Origin: Lingula anatina
Lineage: Eukaryota > Animalia > Brachiopoda
Direction of reading: 5' to 3'
Assembly (NCBI GenBank): GCA_051362555.1
Contig: CM120648.1
Span: 16,798,587-16,862,586, forward strand
Length of the DNA stretch: 64,000 nucleotides
The position numbers were made by a program, and so were the translations under genes. Shown piece after piece: positions 24,173 to 38,300 of this stretch. The notes beneath the pieces were generated by a model, which was not told the origin of the DNA, did no database searches, and saw only the letters and a list, made by a program, of their open reading frames with translations. Position 1 is the first letter of the stretch. Each line of letters begins with the position of its first letter.

Positions 24173-27100
24173 TGTACCATGAAAATCTGACTCCCCCCAA
24201 AAAAAAAACATTCAAAAATCTAATTTAATTTGAGTAAATGACTATGATCTTGTAGTATGCATAATGGAGGACACATTGGCACTTTTTGTTAGTTTGCAGG
24301 TGAAAATTTTCATGAAAAAATTTTAAAAAAATTAAAGATTTGTATTTAACCACCCAAGGACTCCCCTATGAAAAAGCTATTTATTTGACATTTGATGACC
24401 ATTTCAACATCTTTTCTTTGAGGATACTTTATGAGGATATATTGAAAGTACTTGAAAGTTTAATGGTTAAAAAATTGGGTGAAAAAAAAAAAATAATAAA
24501 AAACACATTAAAAAATAAGAAAAATTAAAGATTTATATTCTAACACCCAATGACCCCCCTATGAAAAAGCTATTTATTTGAGATTTGATGATCATTCTGA
24601 CATCTTTTCTTTGAGGATACTTTATGAGGAATATATTGAAAGTACTTGAAAGTTTGATGGTTAAAAATTGGGTGAAAAAAATAATAAAAAAACACATGAA
24701 AAATAAGAAAAATTAAAGATTTGTATTCTAACACCCAATGACTCCCCTATGAAAAGGCCATCTATTTGATATTTGATGATCATTCTGACATCTTTTCTTT
24801 AAGGATACTTAATGAAGAATATATTGGAAATATTTGAAAGTTTGAATGGTAAAATACTGGGTATGCTATATGAGAAGAATTCAGTAAAAAGGCGATGGGG
24901 CCAATTTCTTGAGTTAAAAATGTAGCATTTTGACAAAGAAGTGCAAAACCTACAGGTAGTAAGATGAATACTTGTTTTAAAAATATCCACCAAAATTTTC
25001 ACCACCAAACTTTCAAATAATAACAAAATGCACATCTCTGTGCAAACTATGTAGAAAACAATGGTATGGTGACTGAATATAAAATAGGTCCTTTTCTTTA
25101 TGGGAATCCAAATCTCATGGGTATAAAAATGAAGATTTTCATGATTTATTTTTCATTCTTTCACTCACTATTTTATCATCAAACTTTTAAATATTTCCAA
25201 TATATTTTTCATAAAGTATCCTAATAGAAAATATGTCAGAATGATCATCAAATATATCAAATAAATAGCTTTTTCATAGGGGAGTTATTGGGTGATAAAA
25301 AGGACATTTTTAATTTTCTATTTTTCATGTTTTTTTTTTAGTTTTTTCACCCAATAGTTTACCATCAAACTTTCAAATATTTCCAATATAATCTTCATAA
25401 AGTAAATTTAAAGGAAAGATGTAGAAATGATCATCCAATATCAAACTAGAGGATCAGAGAGACGATACCGCCTCCGAATATTGTACCACCAGCTGGAGCA
25501 AGCGCATTCGTATAGACCCCCACATACACAAAATAAGGGACACAGCCACCAGTCTTGTGCTTGACAAGCTGTAAACATGCAATCAACAAGAATTTTCAAT
25601 ATTTGCAAAAAATATATGAAACTAAAAATGGTACAATCAAATTTAAGTTCATCGTAAGGTAGGTGAAAGGTCATTTTCAAGGTCACAGTAAATTGCCAGT
25701 ATATGACTTCCTATTCAAGTTCAATAGTAACTATGGACCTATCTCTGCCAGGTTTGGAGTTAAAAGAGAAAGAAATTAGCAGAGTTCAGTTCATGATAAT
25801 AAGTAGATCAAAGGTCAATTTCAAGGTCACACTTAGATTGCCAGTATATGACTTCCTATTCAATTTCAATAGTAACTATGGACCTATCTCGCTAGTTTTG
25901 GAGATAAAAGGGAACCAAAATTTGCAAAGTTCAATTCATGATAAAAAGTGGGTCAAAGGTCAATTGCAAGGTCACACTTAGATTGCCAGTATATGACTTC
26001 CTATTCAAGTTCAATAGTAACTATAGACCTATCTTTGCCAGTTTTAGAGATAAAAGGGAAGCAAAATTTACAAAATTCAGTTCATGGTGAAAAGTAGGTC
26101 AAAGGTCAATTTCAAGGTCACAGTAAGATTGCCAGTATTTGACTTCCTATTCAAGTTCAATAGTAACTATGGACCTATCTCTGCCAGTTTTGGAGATAAA
26201 AGGGAAGCAAAATTTGCAAAGTTCAGTTCATGGTGAAAAATAGGTCAAATGTCAATTTCAAGGTCACAGTAAGATTGTCAGTATATGACTTTCTATTCAA
26301 GTTCAATAGTATCTATGGACCTATCTCTGCCAGTTTTGCAGATAAAAGGGACTAAATGTTATAATTTTGGAGTTACCATAAAGTGCCATACATTTCCTAC
26401 AGAAAAAATTAATTAAAATAAAGAAAAGGTCATTTTGGTCAAAATTCTTGAAATGGGAGGTGCTCTGAAGTTCCAGGTGTTCAAATTTGATGAAATAATG
26501 TCATTTTTGACCACAAGTTGTCTGATTTGCCAAGCCTTATGTATTATTTTTCCGGAGTTCAAAATTTATTATCCATTACCGTACTGCACATTTTGCTTTC
26601 ACCACCAATATGTATTTTTTGATACAGCATAACTTGAAAACCGTATGGAATACAAAAAAATGGAGACCACCTTCAGTGTTGGGCTTTACATGCTCTACAA
26701 AATGCAAAAAAGAATGGGTCTCTAGCATTAACGGTTCCCGAATTAGAGACAGTTTTCAGTTTCGGTACTTTATGGCCGCTACTCCAGTGAAAATGCACCG
26801 ATTGACCCCAAATTCACGGAGATGAAAGATGACCCGAAGGGTAACACTTTCCAATAATATTATTGGTTAAGTCTGTGTGGTGTCTGAATAACAGGGCAAA
26901 AAAAATTTTTTTCGTAAAAAATTTCATTTTTTTGAAAATTTTGGCCCGTTTGACCTTGAAATAAAGGTCAAAGGTCAAATCCAAGGGCATATTTGAAATC
27001 TACACATATGACTTTTGGAAAGCTGTCTGTAGAAATTTTTCCCATAACTCCTTCCGTAGGGTAGATAATTAGCATTTAATTTTGCCATTTTTAGACAAGG

Positions 27101-27566
27101 GTGCATTGCAATGAGTGCCACACCTAGACCCCAATACCGACAAAGCCCAAATTTTACGTGGAACGAGTTGAGATTATAGGTGACCTAAATCCAAGAGATG
27201 GGTACAGGGGCCCTTACCGTCTAGGAGGAGAAGCGGTAACGGTGACTTGGCAGCGGAGCCGGCGGAGCCGCAGGAGCCGGCGGAACATACGGGTCGGGAC
27301 TAAAACCATGGGTACCGCCAGCGCCTACGCTGGTGGTACAATAAATAGCTTTTTCAAAGGGGAGACAATGGGCGGTTAAGTGCACATTTTTAATTTTCAT
27401 ATTTTTTTCATGAAAATATTCACCTGCAAACTTAAAAAAAAGTGCCAAAGTATCCTCCATTTTACATACTACAATATCACAGTCATATACTCAAATAAAA
27501 TAAGGTTTATGAACATTTCTGGTGGGGGAGTCAAATTTTCATGGGGAGTCAGATTTTCATGTTACA
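24173..27566. mobile_element. Non-autonomous TIR element (Ginger-like termini) with internal ~180-bp repeats, interrupted by a HINE
   Basis: TIR TGTA(C/A)CATGAAAATCTGACTCCCC extending about 150 bp at both ends; internal repeats at 24330-24860 with inverted counterparts at 25140-25440. Confidence 0.7.
25446..27342 (-). mobile_element. Full-length non-autonomous Helentron-like element (HINE) with central ~146-bp tandem array
   Basis: SubTIR ATTGTACCACCAGC at both ends in inverted orientation, palindrome at one end, short hairpin then CTAG at the other end, no TSD (host reads through at a T-rich site), about 5 monomers at 25660-26350. Confidence 0.82.
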
Positions 27567-28299
27567 CCAGTCCCTTGCTCCCTTTACCTCCACCTGGGTG
27601 CATGAGTATACACTGTGTATGGAAAATGCAGAAAAACGTTTTTTTTTTTCCTCAAAATGGAAAGTTTCGCAAAGGTAGCGCAGTCTATCAGGTATGTAAT
27701 AATGATAGAAGCTCTTCTGTTCTATTATCTTTGAAAACAGAGACGAAAAAGGAATAATTTGGCCCGTAGAGCAGCAATGAATCGACTATCTACGGAGATA
27801 ATATCACCAGAGATATTCACGGAAATATTAATGTTCGGAGCCGAGATTTAATTACTGTACCCAGCAGGGACGACGTGTGGGGAGGCGTGTGAGAGGCAGA
27901 GAGGCCATTTTTAGGTCACCGGCTTTGTAAAGCCTAGCTTAATTCGTTGAGAATGCGCTCATATATATGCTTTTTACATCTTTCAAAGAATATATAAATG
28001 TAAGGTACATGGTGTTCATATTGTCTTAATTTCCATATAAACTTTTTACACATATACAGTGGTTTTTAAAAACACAATTTAACACAATGTTAAATATTCA
28101 AACATATACCACAGGAAATGTAAAACTAATTGATGAACTTATATACACACTGTATACACAAGCAAATTAAGATATATGTCAATCTATGCTCTGTGAATGA
28201 GAACAAACTATATCATATCTTACATGTAACAAATTGAAACTTTTCTGCACACATAAATATCTGTGGTGTTGTCATCTTTGAGGGAATATATATTACTAT

Positions 28300-29052
28300 A
28301 CTGAGAGTATAATACCTTGTATACATATTGATATCAATATAATAAATAGACTTACATGTATACGCATGTTAAATTATCAAACTATACTCTGTGTGGGACA
28401 AAACTGAGAGTATAATACCTTGTATACATATTAATATCAATATAATAAATAGACTTACATCTATACGTGTGTTAAATCATCAAACTATACTCTGTGTGGG
28501 ACAAAACTGAGAGTATAATACCTTGTATACATATTGATATCAATATAATAAATAGACTTACATGTATACTTGTGTTAAATTATCAAACTATACTCTGTGT
28601 GGGACAAAACTGAGAGTATAATACCTTGTATACATATTGATATCAATATAATAAATAGACTTACATGTATACTTGTGTTAAATTATCAAACTATACTCTG
28701 TGTGGGACAAAACTGAGAGTATAATACCTTGTATACATATTGATATCAATATAATAAATAGACTTACATGTATACACATGTTAAATTATCAAACTATACT
28801 CTGTGTGGGACAAAACTGAGAGTATAATACCTTGTATACATATTGATATCAATATAATAAATAGACTTACATGTATACTTGTGTTAAATTATCAAACTAT
28901 ACTCTGTGTGGGACAAAACTGAGAGTATAATACCTTGTATACATATTGATATCAATATAATAAATAGACTTACATGTATACGTGTGTTAAATTATCAAAC
29001 TATACTCTGTGTGGGACAAAACTGAGAGTATAATACCTTGTATACATATTGA
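28300..29052. repeat. 103-bp tandem repeat, about 7 copies
   Basis: CTGAGAGTATAATACC recurs at 28301, 28404, 28507, 28610, 28713, 28816, 28919 and 29022. Confidence 0.95.
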
Positions 29053-29479
29053 AACATCTTCCACATGTATTTGTGGTGCTGCCATCTTTAAGGGATATAT
29101 TTACATCAGTTACATGGTAATGAAATTATCAGAAGAATATATTTACATAAAATACATATGGATGTTTTTTAACATATATACAGTGCTTTTTACAAATATC
29201 CATTTTTGTTTGTGGAAATGAACTAAAGGAGTAATTTATAAGCTAGTTTAAATAGATGGGTATAATAACATAAGCTACCATAGCATATATAGGATCATGA
29301 CACTGTACCAGTAGTAGGGACACAGTGTACTTGTTTCTGTTGTATCCAATGCATGTGGCTGCCGATTGGTCGCGTCTTGACCATGGCCACCACCTGGTGA
29401 ATGACGTGGTAATAAATGAAAGTATATGGAAGAAGCACATGGCGAGTTCAATTGAGTTATGTTAAATCGGTCATAACAT

Positions 29480-29497
29480 TGGCGACGAGGACGGGAT
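29480..29497 (+). promoter_or_regulatory. Primer binding site, complementary to the tRNA-Ser(GCT) 3' end
   Basis: TGGCGACGAGGACGGGAT directly after the 5' LTR; matches the recalled complement of ...ATCCCATCCTCGTCGCCA with one mismatch. Confidence 0.75.
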
Positions 29498-29515
29498 AGA
29501 AATAGAAATACTAAC

Positions 29516-30521
29516 ATGGCACAGGGAGAACCGCCGATTCAATACATCCACGTGGCAGGAATTGTTCTGCACGTCACACCGTTTAATCCACCGGAAAATC
29601 GACTAAATACCGGACCAGCATGGGAAACATGGCTGGAGGAATTCGAAGAAGAAATGCAGTTGCAAAAAGTGCAAGAAGCAGACAAGGTAACTTGCCTTAG
29701 GCGCTACGGTGGGAAAGAGATAAGAAACAAAATAAAATACTTACCAGATCCTCCAGTAATTGAAGATGAAGAAAGTGCATACCAGAAGGAGGTACGAAAA
29801 CTGAACCTTCACTATAAACCGAAGCAAAATAAAATGCATAGTGTATATGTATTCAATAAAACAACAAGGATCCCAGGAGAAACCATAGCTTCATTCACTG
29901 CCAGGTTGAGAGAAAAAGCTGAACATTGTGATTTTGGTGAGAATGCAGACGCTCGTATTTTAGAAAGGATAATTCAGACTATGGATGATAAACAGATCGT
30001 AACTAAAGCCATTCAAAGAAATTGGAACTTAGAAACCTTAATCCAAGAAGTGAGCCAGAAAGAAGATTTAAACAAAGAAGTTGACAATATGAGAAATGAA
30101 TTTAAAGTGGCAAAAATCTCGGATGGAGTCAGCGTCAAACCTAAAAGAAGATACCCGCAACTGATGAAAAAACTCATTAATCCAAGCTCAAGATTGCAGT
30201 GTTCTAGATGTGGAGGACAAATTCATAACAGAGATAAATGTCCCGCTAGTGGAAAACAGTGTTTTAAATGCAGCAAGTGGAATCATTTCCAGAAAGTGTG
30301 CAAAACTCAGAAACCAAGTGACAAGCCAACCGCATACAGAGGCAGAAAAATAGTGAAGAAAACAGAGTTAGAAGATAGCTCTGAATCAGACAATGGGGAT
30401 TTCATAAAAACTGTGCATGTCCACCGAATCAAACAAGAACATGTGGGAGAGACAATAGAGGTGAGAATAAATGACATTACATGTGAGTGTGAACCAGACA
30501 GTGGTGCTGCCACTAATGTAA
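29516..30521 (+). CDS. gag: Gypsy Gag and N-terminal part of protease
   Basis: Two CCHC knuckles (CSRCGGQIHNRDKC, CFKCSKWNHFQKVC) and aspartic protease motif PDSGAATNV, cut by an insertion. Confidence 0.92.
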
Positions 30522-33500
30522 TAGTCCATGAGCCAAATTGAAAAAAGGCCTTATTTAAGGATTTGGCTGCACCCCCCGTCAGGCAAAGGTTTTATGATTG
30601 ATTCTTGTAGTTTAGAACCTGAATTTTTCATTTCTGCTTGTTTCCGGCTTGAAATAATGTCCGTTTGTACCGGAAACAGGCCAAATCCAAGATGGCCGCC
30701 AGTAAATTCATGTGTCAACTGTAAATACAAAAATTGATTTAAAAGTTACTTAACAACTTAATATTATCAAAATTTGCACTGATCACAAGTACTTTGGCCT
30801 TCTTTGATTTTTCAGGCACTTTACATTTTTCAAGATGGCGACTGAATCCAAGATGGCGGCCATTTTCCTTACTTTTTGTGAAAAAATACAAATACCTAAA
30901 TTTGAAATTTTTTTTTATTAACCAAAAATTAGGAATATTTTACATGTTTTGATGTATTTGAATAAGTTGATGTCTATATTTTTAATTTTTACCAGTTAAT
31001 TTATCACAAAATTGTACATTTGAACACAGATGGCTCTAATCCAAGATGGCCACCACATAAAATGGGCTTTTTGTTTTGATATGTCAACAAGAGTTTCTCA
31101 GTATAAAACATCTCAGACTACTTAATGGAGGATTTATTGCACAGGTCATGGTATGAAATGAATGACTGAATAATTTAAATTGTTTTGAGATTTTGTTCAG
31201 GGTATAAAAATCCAAAATGGCCGCCAATTTCTGAATTCAAAACGTACATTATTTTGATTTGCATGTTAAAAAACATTAAATTGAATAATTAGCAAATTAA
31301 AAATATTTATTTTTAGATAAATTTATCTGTATTGAAATCTCATTTTGCTTCTTGGACACTTAATTCTGTCAAAAAGTGGTTAATTTTTCTTCATTTATCA
31401 TGATTCCAAGTTTGCCATTGATAAAAATGAACTGCACGCTACCCGTATGGACAATACCATATGTTATGAGCCTTACGTAAAAGGCTATTTCTGAGCTTTA
31501 TTGTTGAAGTATGGAATGGAATATATAACTGAATGATTCAAAATGCTTTTAGGCTTGTATTTTAGGGTTGAAAAGTTCAAAATGGCCGTCAATTTCTGGA
31601 TTCAAAACAAACGACATTTTGATTTGCATGTTGAAAAGCATCAAATTGAATGATGGGCAAATGATTAAAGACTATATTTTGATAAACTGCAGTGTCCTTT
31701 TACTGTTTAGAATCTAATTTTTCCAAAAAGTAATTATCTAAGCTCCAATCATCAAAAAAATCCAAGATGGCCACCAACAAAAATTAATTTTAGGTAAACA
31801 TGGATGAAAACACACTGTTGAGTCGTAATTTTATACATGCATATATTAGTCTATATATATATGCCTGTGCTTCATAAGGTTGAGTGAATCTCAAATGCTT
31901 TGCCGTTTTCTTGAACAGGAATTGATGCATAACACACAAGGGACAGCAATTTTTTTCAGCAGCAACTATATAGGTTAGTAAAATGACAATTTTCAATATT
32001 GCAGACAAAGTGCATGCCCAAAATGCCCTAACAAGAGTGACGTACATCATTTACAACTTAAGGATCAATAGTTTGTTATATGGGGGGTGGGCTGTAAAAT
32101 TTAATTTTCATATTATAGCACTTCTATTGTTACATTTCAAATGGACTTGGGTTACTGGTACATTGCTTGTTGAAAGTTCCCTGTCAAGCTTGATGAAAGA
32201 ACCAGGATCTCAGTCAAAAAAGGGACTTACTAGTAGTAGTGATAAGATTTCTCACATTCTGCTAGGTGTTGATCGTAAAGAAGAATCAGAATTATCCTAA
32301 TCTCAAGCAACCAAAAGGTAAAATCTTTAATTTATCTGAAAAAAAGGGATGGATAACATGCAGCTGTAGCATTATTCTACATGTATAAATCCGGGAAGCA
32401 ATCACTATCATAAACTAAGGGTGCTTTCCCAGAGATTTAGATCGATCTAGAGATTAAGATTTAGATGGACCTAACTCCCTGGGGGTTCACGCTAAATTGC
32501 AGTCAGCCAAGCGGGCACCATAGTTAATTACCCCCTTACAGCTTTTAGATGGCGGGACAGACGCTTAAGCTGGCCAAGCTGACAGTAATCTAGTGAGACT
32601 CCCCACAGGGATAGATCGATCTAAAAATCTATGGAAATGGGGTATAAGACCAGCAAAGAAGTTGCAAGAAAATGTCTGGATCTCCAAGAACATCTTTTGT
32701 CTCTTTAGAGAACAGTGCTGGATAATAATACATTCAGGGAACTCATGAAGTGGTGCTGCAAAGTGAAGTACATTGATGGTGAATGATGTATGGCACATGT
32801 AAGTGACGATGAAGGAGTTCAAGCACAACATGACAAATGATGTTTATGATACAATGTATATATAGGTGCAGGTAATTCTTGCACTTCACGGATAGGTACT
32901 GTTCAATATGATCCATGAATTCTTTTAAAATCCAACATTATTCTGTTGAGAGAAAAAAATATTTGGAGATCCAAACATTGGAGAAACACGACTAAAACAA
33001 ACTTTCTTAATAAACTAATTAACAAATAGATCACCACCAAAATCTACTTACTTTTAGCCTAAAAAATGACCTATCCTGAACACTTCATTTAAGTCTATCC
33101 TGAAATTTTTGAGTTAGGCTGATAACAATCTGAGAAACCATAACAAATGGACAAGCGAAGGTGAAAATGTGACCTTCTCGGAAGAGGTAATAAAGCATGC
33201 ATACTAAGCTCCCGCATACATGTGTGAATATGGATCAGAGACCTGAACACAGGGCAAGAGGCTCACTCTCTTAAAACAAAGGTGTTTGCACACAACCTTT
33301 GGCATCATCAGGCAAGCCAGAGTAACTATTACAGAAGTTTTAAACAGGCATTTCTGTGCTAAAGAAGACTAAGTTGACTTGGACATGTGAACTAGATGAA
33401 TGTTGCATAGCAAAATCCCAAAACAGCTGTCACCTGTACTATTTGACCAATTGGTTTTGGGTAGTAATCTCAGAGGAAGACCATGGTTGGGACTTAATGA

Positions 33501-36197
33501 CTGAAACTTGCAAAAGCAGCCTGTTTAATTCCACACAGTGACACACTGGCAAAGGAGTAAACATTATCTAGAGCAAAGTAGAATAAATCTACCTGTAATT
33601 GTCTCTCAAAGAAAGACTAAAAGAGGTCAACAACTCGCTACAGCAAAATGAACAGACTTTGAAGCAAAATCACCATGAAATACTGACATAAACCCTGTAA
33701 CACCTCCCTTGCTTGTAGATTCTAAAACAGAACTTGCTTATAAAACATGGAAAAGATGAGCCATGAGAGAATCCGACGTTAGAAGACTATGGATACCAAA
33801 TTGAGACATTCATTGCTGCATAAGACTCTTAACTTGAGTGGTGACCATATTGAATATTGTAGACATGAAACTGGTTTAAAATATAAAAAAATTAAACTTC
33901 TTAATAAAGTCTTAACTTTTTAAAATTATGTATTCAAGAAATATTTGACGTAAAGATTGTCCCAGCCCCATTATTTGAAAATCATTTGCAGTGGCACCCC
34001 ATCTTGACTTTATTGATGTTTTTGGCCATTACTTACTAGCAAAAGGAGACTGGAATTCAATCAAATTAATTAAATGTATAACTTTTTAGAATTAACATTT
34101 GATTTCGATTATTTTTACTTTTTTATTTACATGAATGGCTTATGGTAAGAATTCACAGTTAATAGTAGTATGGTTGCCATCTTGGATATCCTGTCATATT
34201 TGAAACATTTGAAATATTTTAAATAGAGAAAGCTTCGAAATCATACCAAAATAGGAAAAAGGAGTCTGCAATATATACAGTTTTATCAAAAACATGTACA
34301 TTACGCCTTCTGTATTCATTTTCAATGCAGTTTGATTTTTTCTCATTACGTACAGAGAATTTATGGGCAAAAAATCAGAAGGGATCATTTGTTCAATTCT
34401 GTAGCCTTCCAAAAATTTGAACTGAATTAAACAATACTGTAGATGAATTATTGCATGAAAAAGACATTCAATTTGAAATCTAGAAAGACATAAAGCTTTC
34501 GTTCATAATCAACTCACTATAATCAACTCTTTTTCATTGGTAGCCGTCATTGATTTATGGCAAGCAAGTAAAATATGATGAATTTAAGGAAATATGAATG
34601 GTCAAAGTAGCAAGAAAGGCCTGGATGTTAAAGATACATTAAAGATATACGTCACAGTGGTTTTAAAATAATGTTTCTTTAATTTCTCTCTCTATATATA
34701 TTATTAGTAATGAATCAGATAAGTAAGCATATTTAATGTACGCAATAGCAGCCATCTTGAATATTAATTGCAATGTAAAAATCTGAGAAAGTTTCTTTGA
34801 AATAATTCAAAGAAAAAGTTATTAAGGATAAAAAGTAATTTTAAAATGAATTACAAAAAGTACAGAAATACTGTGTACGCAATTTAGTAAGGCTCTCAAC
34901 GAGGTATTGTCCACACAGGTAGTTGCAGTTCATTTTCAACAATGGCCAACTTGGAATCATGATAAATGAAGCAAAAATAATCACTTTTTGACAGAATGAA
35001 GTTTCCAAGAAGCAAAATGAGATTGCAATACAGATAAATTTATCAAAAAATAAATATCTTTAATTTGCTAATTATTCAATTTGATGTTTTTCAACATGCA
35101 AATCAAAATGTCGTTTGTTTTGAATCCAGAAATTGACGGCCATTTTGGACTTTTCAACCCTAAAATACAAGCCTAAAAGCATTTTGAATCATTCAGTTAT
35201 ATATTCCATTCCATACTTCAACAATAAAGCTCAGAAATAGCCTTTTACGTAAGGCTCATAACATATGGTATTGTCCATACGGGTAGCGTGCAGTTCATTT
35301 TTATCAATGGCAAACTTGGAATCATGATAAATGAAGAAAAATTAACCAATTTTTGACAGAATACAGTGTCCAAGAAGCAAAATGAGATTTCAATACAGAT
35401 AAATTTATCTAAAAATAAATATTTTTAATTTGCTAATTATTCAATTTAATGTTTTTTAACATGCAAATCAAAATAATGTACGTTTTGAATTCAGAAATTG
35501 GCGGCCATTTTGGATTTTTATACCCTGAACAAAATCTCAAAACAATTTAAATTATTCAGTCATACATTTCATACCATGACCTGTGCAATAAATCCTCCAT
35601 TAAGTAGTCTGAGATGTTTTATACTGAGAAACTCTTGTTGACATATCAAAACAAAAAGCCCATTTTATGTGGTGGCCATCTTGGATTAGAGCCATCTGTG
35701 TTCAAATGTACAATTTTGTGATAAATTAACTGGTAAAAATTAAAAATAAAGACATCAACTTATTCAAATACATCAAAACATGTAAAATATTCCTAATTTT
35801 TGGTTAATAAAAAAAATTTCAAATTTGGGTATTTGTATGTATTTTTTCACAAAAAGTAAGGAAAATGGCCGCCATCTTGGATTCAGTCGCCATCTTGAAA
35901 AATGTAAAGTGCCTGAAAAATCAAAGAAGGCCAAAGTACTTGTGATCAGTGCAAATTTTGATAATATTAAGTTGTTAAGTAACTTTTAAATCAATTTTTG
36001 TATTTACAGTTGACACATGAATTTACTGGCGGCCATCTTGGATTTGGCCTGTTTCCGGTACAAACGGACACTTTTTCAAGCCGGAAACAAGCAGAAATGA
36101 AAAATTCAGGTTCTAAACTACAAGAATCAATCATAAAACCTTTGCCTGACGGGGGGTGCAGCCAAATTGGATTTTTTGGCCTTTGGCTCATGGACTA
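30522..36197. mobile_element. 5.7-kb non-autonomous DNA transposon with ~1.1-kb TIRs (Academ-like)
   Basis: Termini TAGTCCATGAGCCAAA / TTTGGCTCATGGACTA with 3-bp TSD TAA; arms 30522-~31655 and ~35070-36197 are near-identical inverted copies; removing it restores ATNV-MDEH in the Gypsy frame. Superfamily inferred from TAG termini, long TIRs and 3-bp TSD. Confidence 0.85.
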
Positions 36198-37273
36198 TAA
36201 TGGATGAACATCAATTCAAACATCTAAGCAGAAGATCAGACACAACCCTGAAACCATCGAAAGAAAAACTGAAAACTATACAATCAGAGCTAATCGTTCT
36301 AGGTGAGTGCCCAGTGACCATCCAGAATAGCACACGGGGGACCATCTCAAAATTCATTGTCATCAAGGGACATTTGGGGTGTAAACCACTGATAGGCAGA
36401 AAAACACTAGAAGACTTAGGAATGATGGAAATAAGGGAAGACGGCTCTCTTAAAGAAGAAAATGACTTGAAGATTAAAGTAGTCAAAGAAGACAAAACAG
36501 ATGTTCAGAAAATCTTAGATGAATACAAGGATGTGTTCACAGGTATCGGGCATGCCAAAGACCCTAAGTCAGGAGCACCCATTGAAGTAAAACTGGAAAT
36601 GGAGACAGATGTCAATCCAGTTGCTCAGAAACCGAGACATGTAGCTTTTCACCTTTTAGACCCTTTAAAAGAATTGTTAGAGCAAGGGGAAGAAGAAGGT
36701 ATTTATGAGAAAGTCCCTGAAGGAGAAGCAATAACATGGTGTTCACCGCTCGTAGTACAACCTAAACCCAAGTACACTTCAGTTCGTGGGAAGCTAGAAC
36801 CACACATGATCCGTGCAAGCATTGATATGAGGATACCCAATCAAGGCATGAAAAGAAGTCGCTGTGTACAAGCACCGATAATTGAAGACTTCACTTACCA
36901 TTTACGTGACTGCAGTATATACAGCAAACTTGATTTGAGATCCGGGTACCATCAGTTGAGTATTGATGAGGAATCCAGGAAGCTAGCCACATTTAGCACA
37001 CCTTGGGGGAATTACCGTCCAAAGCGATTGATATTTGGAGCTAAAAGCTCACAAGACGTGTTTGATGAGACCATGTTAAGAATTTTTGGTGACATACCTA
37101 ACTGTTTGAACCAAAGAGACGATATTTTAATCGGAGGGAGAGATACGAAAGAACACAATGACACACTTAAAACAGTATTAAACAGAGCAAGAGAGTTCGG
37201 CATTACATTCAACTTAGAGAAGTGTGAATTTGCCCAGGAAGAAATATCGTTCTTTGGACAGGCAAGGGACTGA
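36198..37273 (+). CDS. pol: Gypsy Pol, rest of protease and truncated reverse transcriptase
   Basis: PLIGRKTLEDLG, WCSPLVVQPK, IDMRIPN, SKLDLRSGYHQL, QRDDILIG, KCEF; ends before RNase H and integrase. Confidence 0.93.
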
Positions 37274-37730
37274 AGGCGGATCGCTGTCCTGAGAGAAAAG
37301 AAAAAAAGATCTAAAATAATTTACTAGTACATGTGTAATCAGGATGAAGGCGGATCGCTGTCCTTAGGAAAACTTTTTAGATTTAGCTACCATGTAATTG
37401 ACTTTAATTGACATTTGTTTAAGAATAGATATCAGAGCATACAGCACCTAAGATGTGTGACTGTGTTGACTTTACACAAAATGAAAAACTGAGAAATTCA
37501 TCAGATCCAGATCATTTAAAGATTAATTGACACAGACTGTTTTTCATTTAAGTTTACATGTTAAAAAAAAAAATAAAGGCTGGGAGGAATGTTGTATCCA
37601 ATGCATGTGGCTGCCGATTGGTCGCGTCTTGACCATGGCCACCACCTGGTGAATGACGTGGTAATAAATGAAAGTATATGGAAGAAGCACATGGCGAGTT
37701 CAATTGAGTTATGTTAAATCGGTCATAACA

Positions 37731-38300
37731 GTTTCTACTAGTTTTACACCTTGTACATAGATGGGTATAATAACATATACAAGATCATGACACTGTAATA
37801 GGTTCAGTGTACCTGTTTCTACTGGTTTTACACCTTGTACAAAGATGGGTATAATAACACATACAGGATCATGACACTGTAATAGGTGCACAGTGTACCC
37901 GTTTCTACTAGTTTTACACCTTGTACATAGATGGGTATAATAACATATACAGGATCATGACACTGTAAAAGGTGCAGTGTACCTGTTTCTACTAGTTTTA
38001 CACCTTGTACATAGATGGGTATAATAACATATACAGGATCATGGCACTGTAATAGGTGCAGTGTACCTGTTTCTACTAGTTTTACACCTTGTACATAGAT
38101 GGGTATAATAACATATACAGGATCATGACACTGTAATAGGTGCACAGTGTACCTGTTTTTACTAGTTTTACACCTTGTACATAGATGAGTATAATAACAT
38201 ATACAGGATCATGGCACTGTAATAGGTGCAGTGTACCTGTTTCTACTAGTTTTACACCTTGTACATAGATGGGTATAATAACATATACAGGATAATGACG
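37731..38300. repeat. ~79-81-bp tandem repeat, about 7 copies, with one unit left of the Gypsy at about 29245-29337
   Basis: Unit GTTTCTACTAGTTTTACACCTTGTACATAGATGGGTATAATAACATATACAGGATCATGACACTGTAATAGGTGCAGTGTACCT. Confidence 0.93.

Larger units (their letters stand above)
29338..37730 (+). mobile_element. Ty3/Gypsy LTR retrotransposon, internally deleted and interrupted
   Basis: 141-bp TG...CA LTRs at 29338-29478 and 37590-37730 that look identical; 5-bp TSD GTTTC; PBS and purine tract present; gag-PR-RT order. Confidence 0.96.

Noticed and set aside
28300-29052. Regular repeats here and at 37731-38300 as CRISPR arrays
   Set aside because: Head-to-tail near-identical units with no unique spacers, no cas genes and a eukaryotic context.
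33200-33850. Transposase remnant inside the long-TIR element
   Set aside because: It looks coding-like in composition, but I could not recover a diagnostic motif in any frame.
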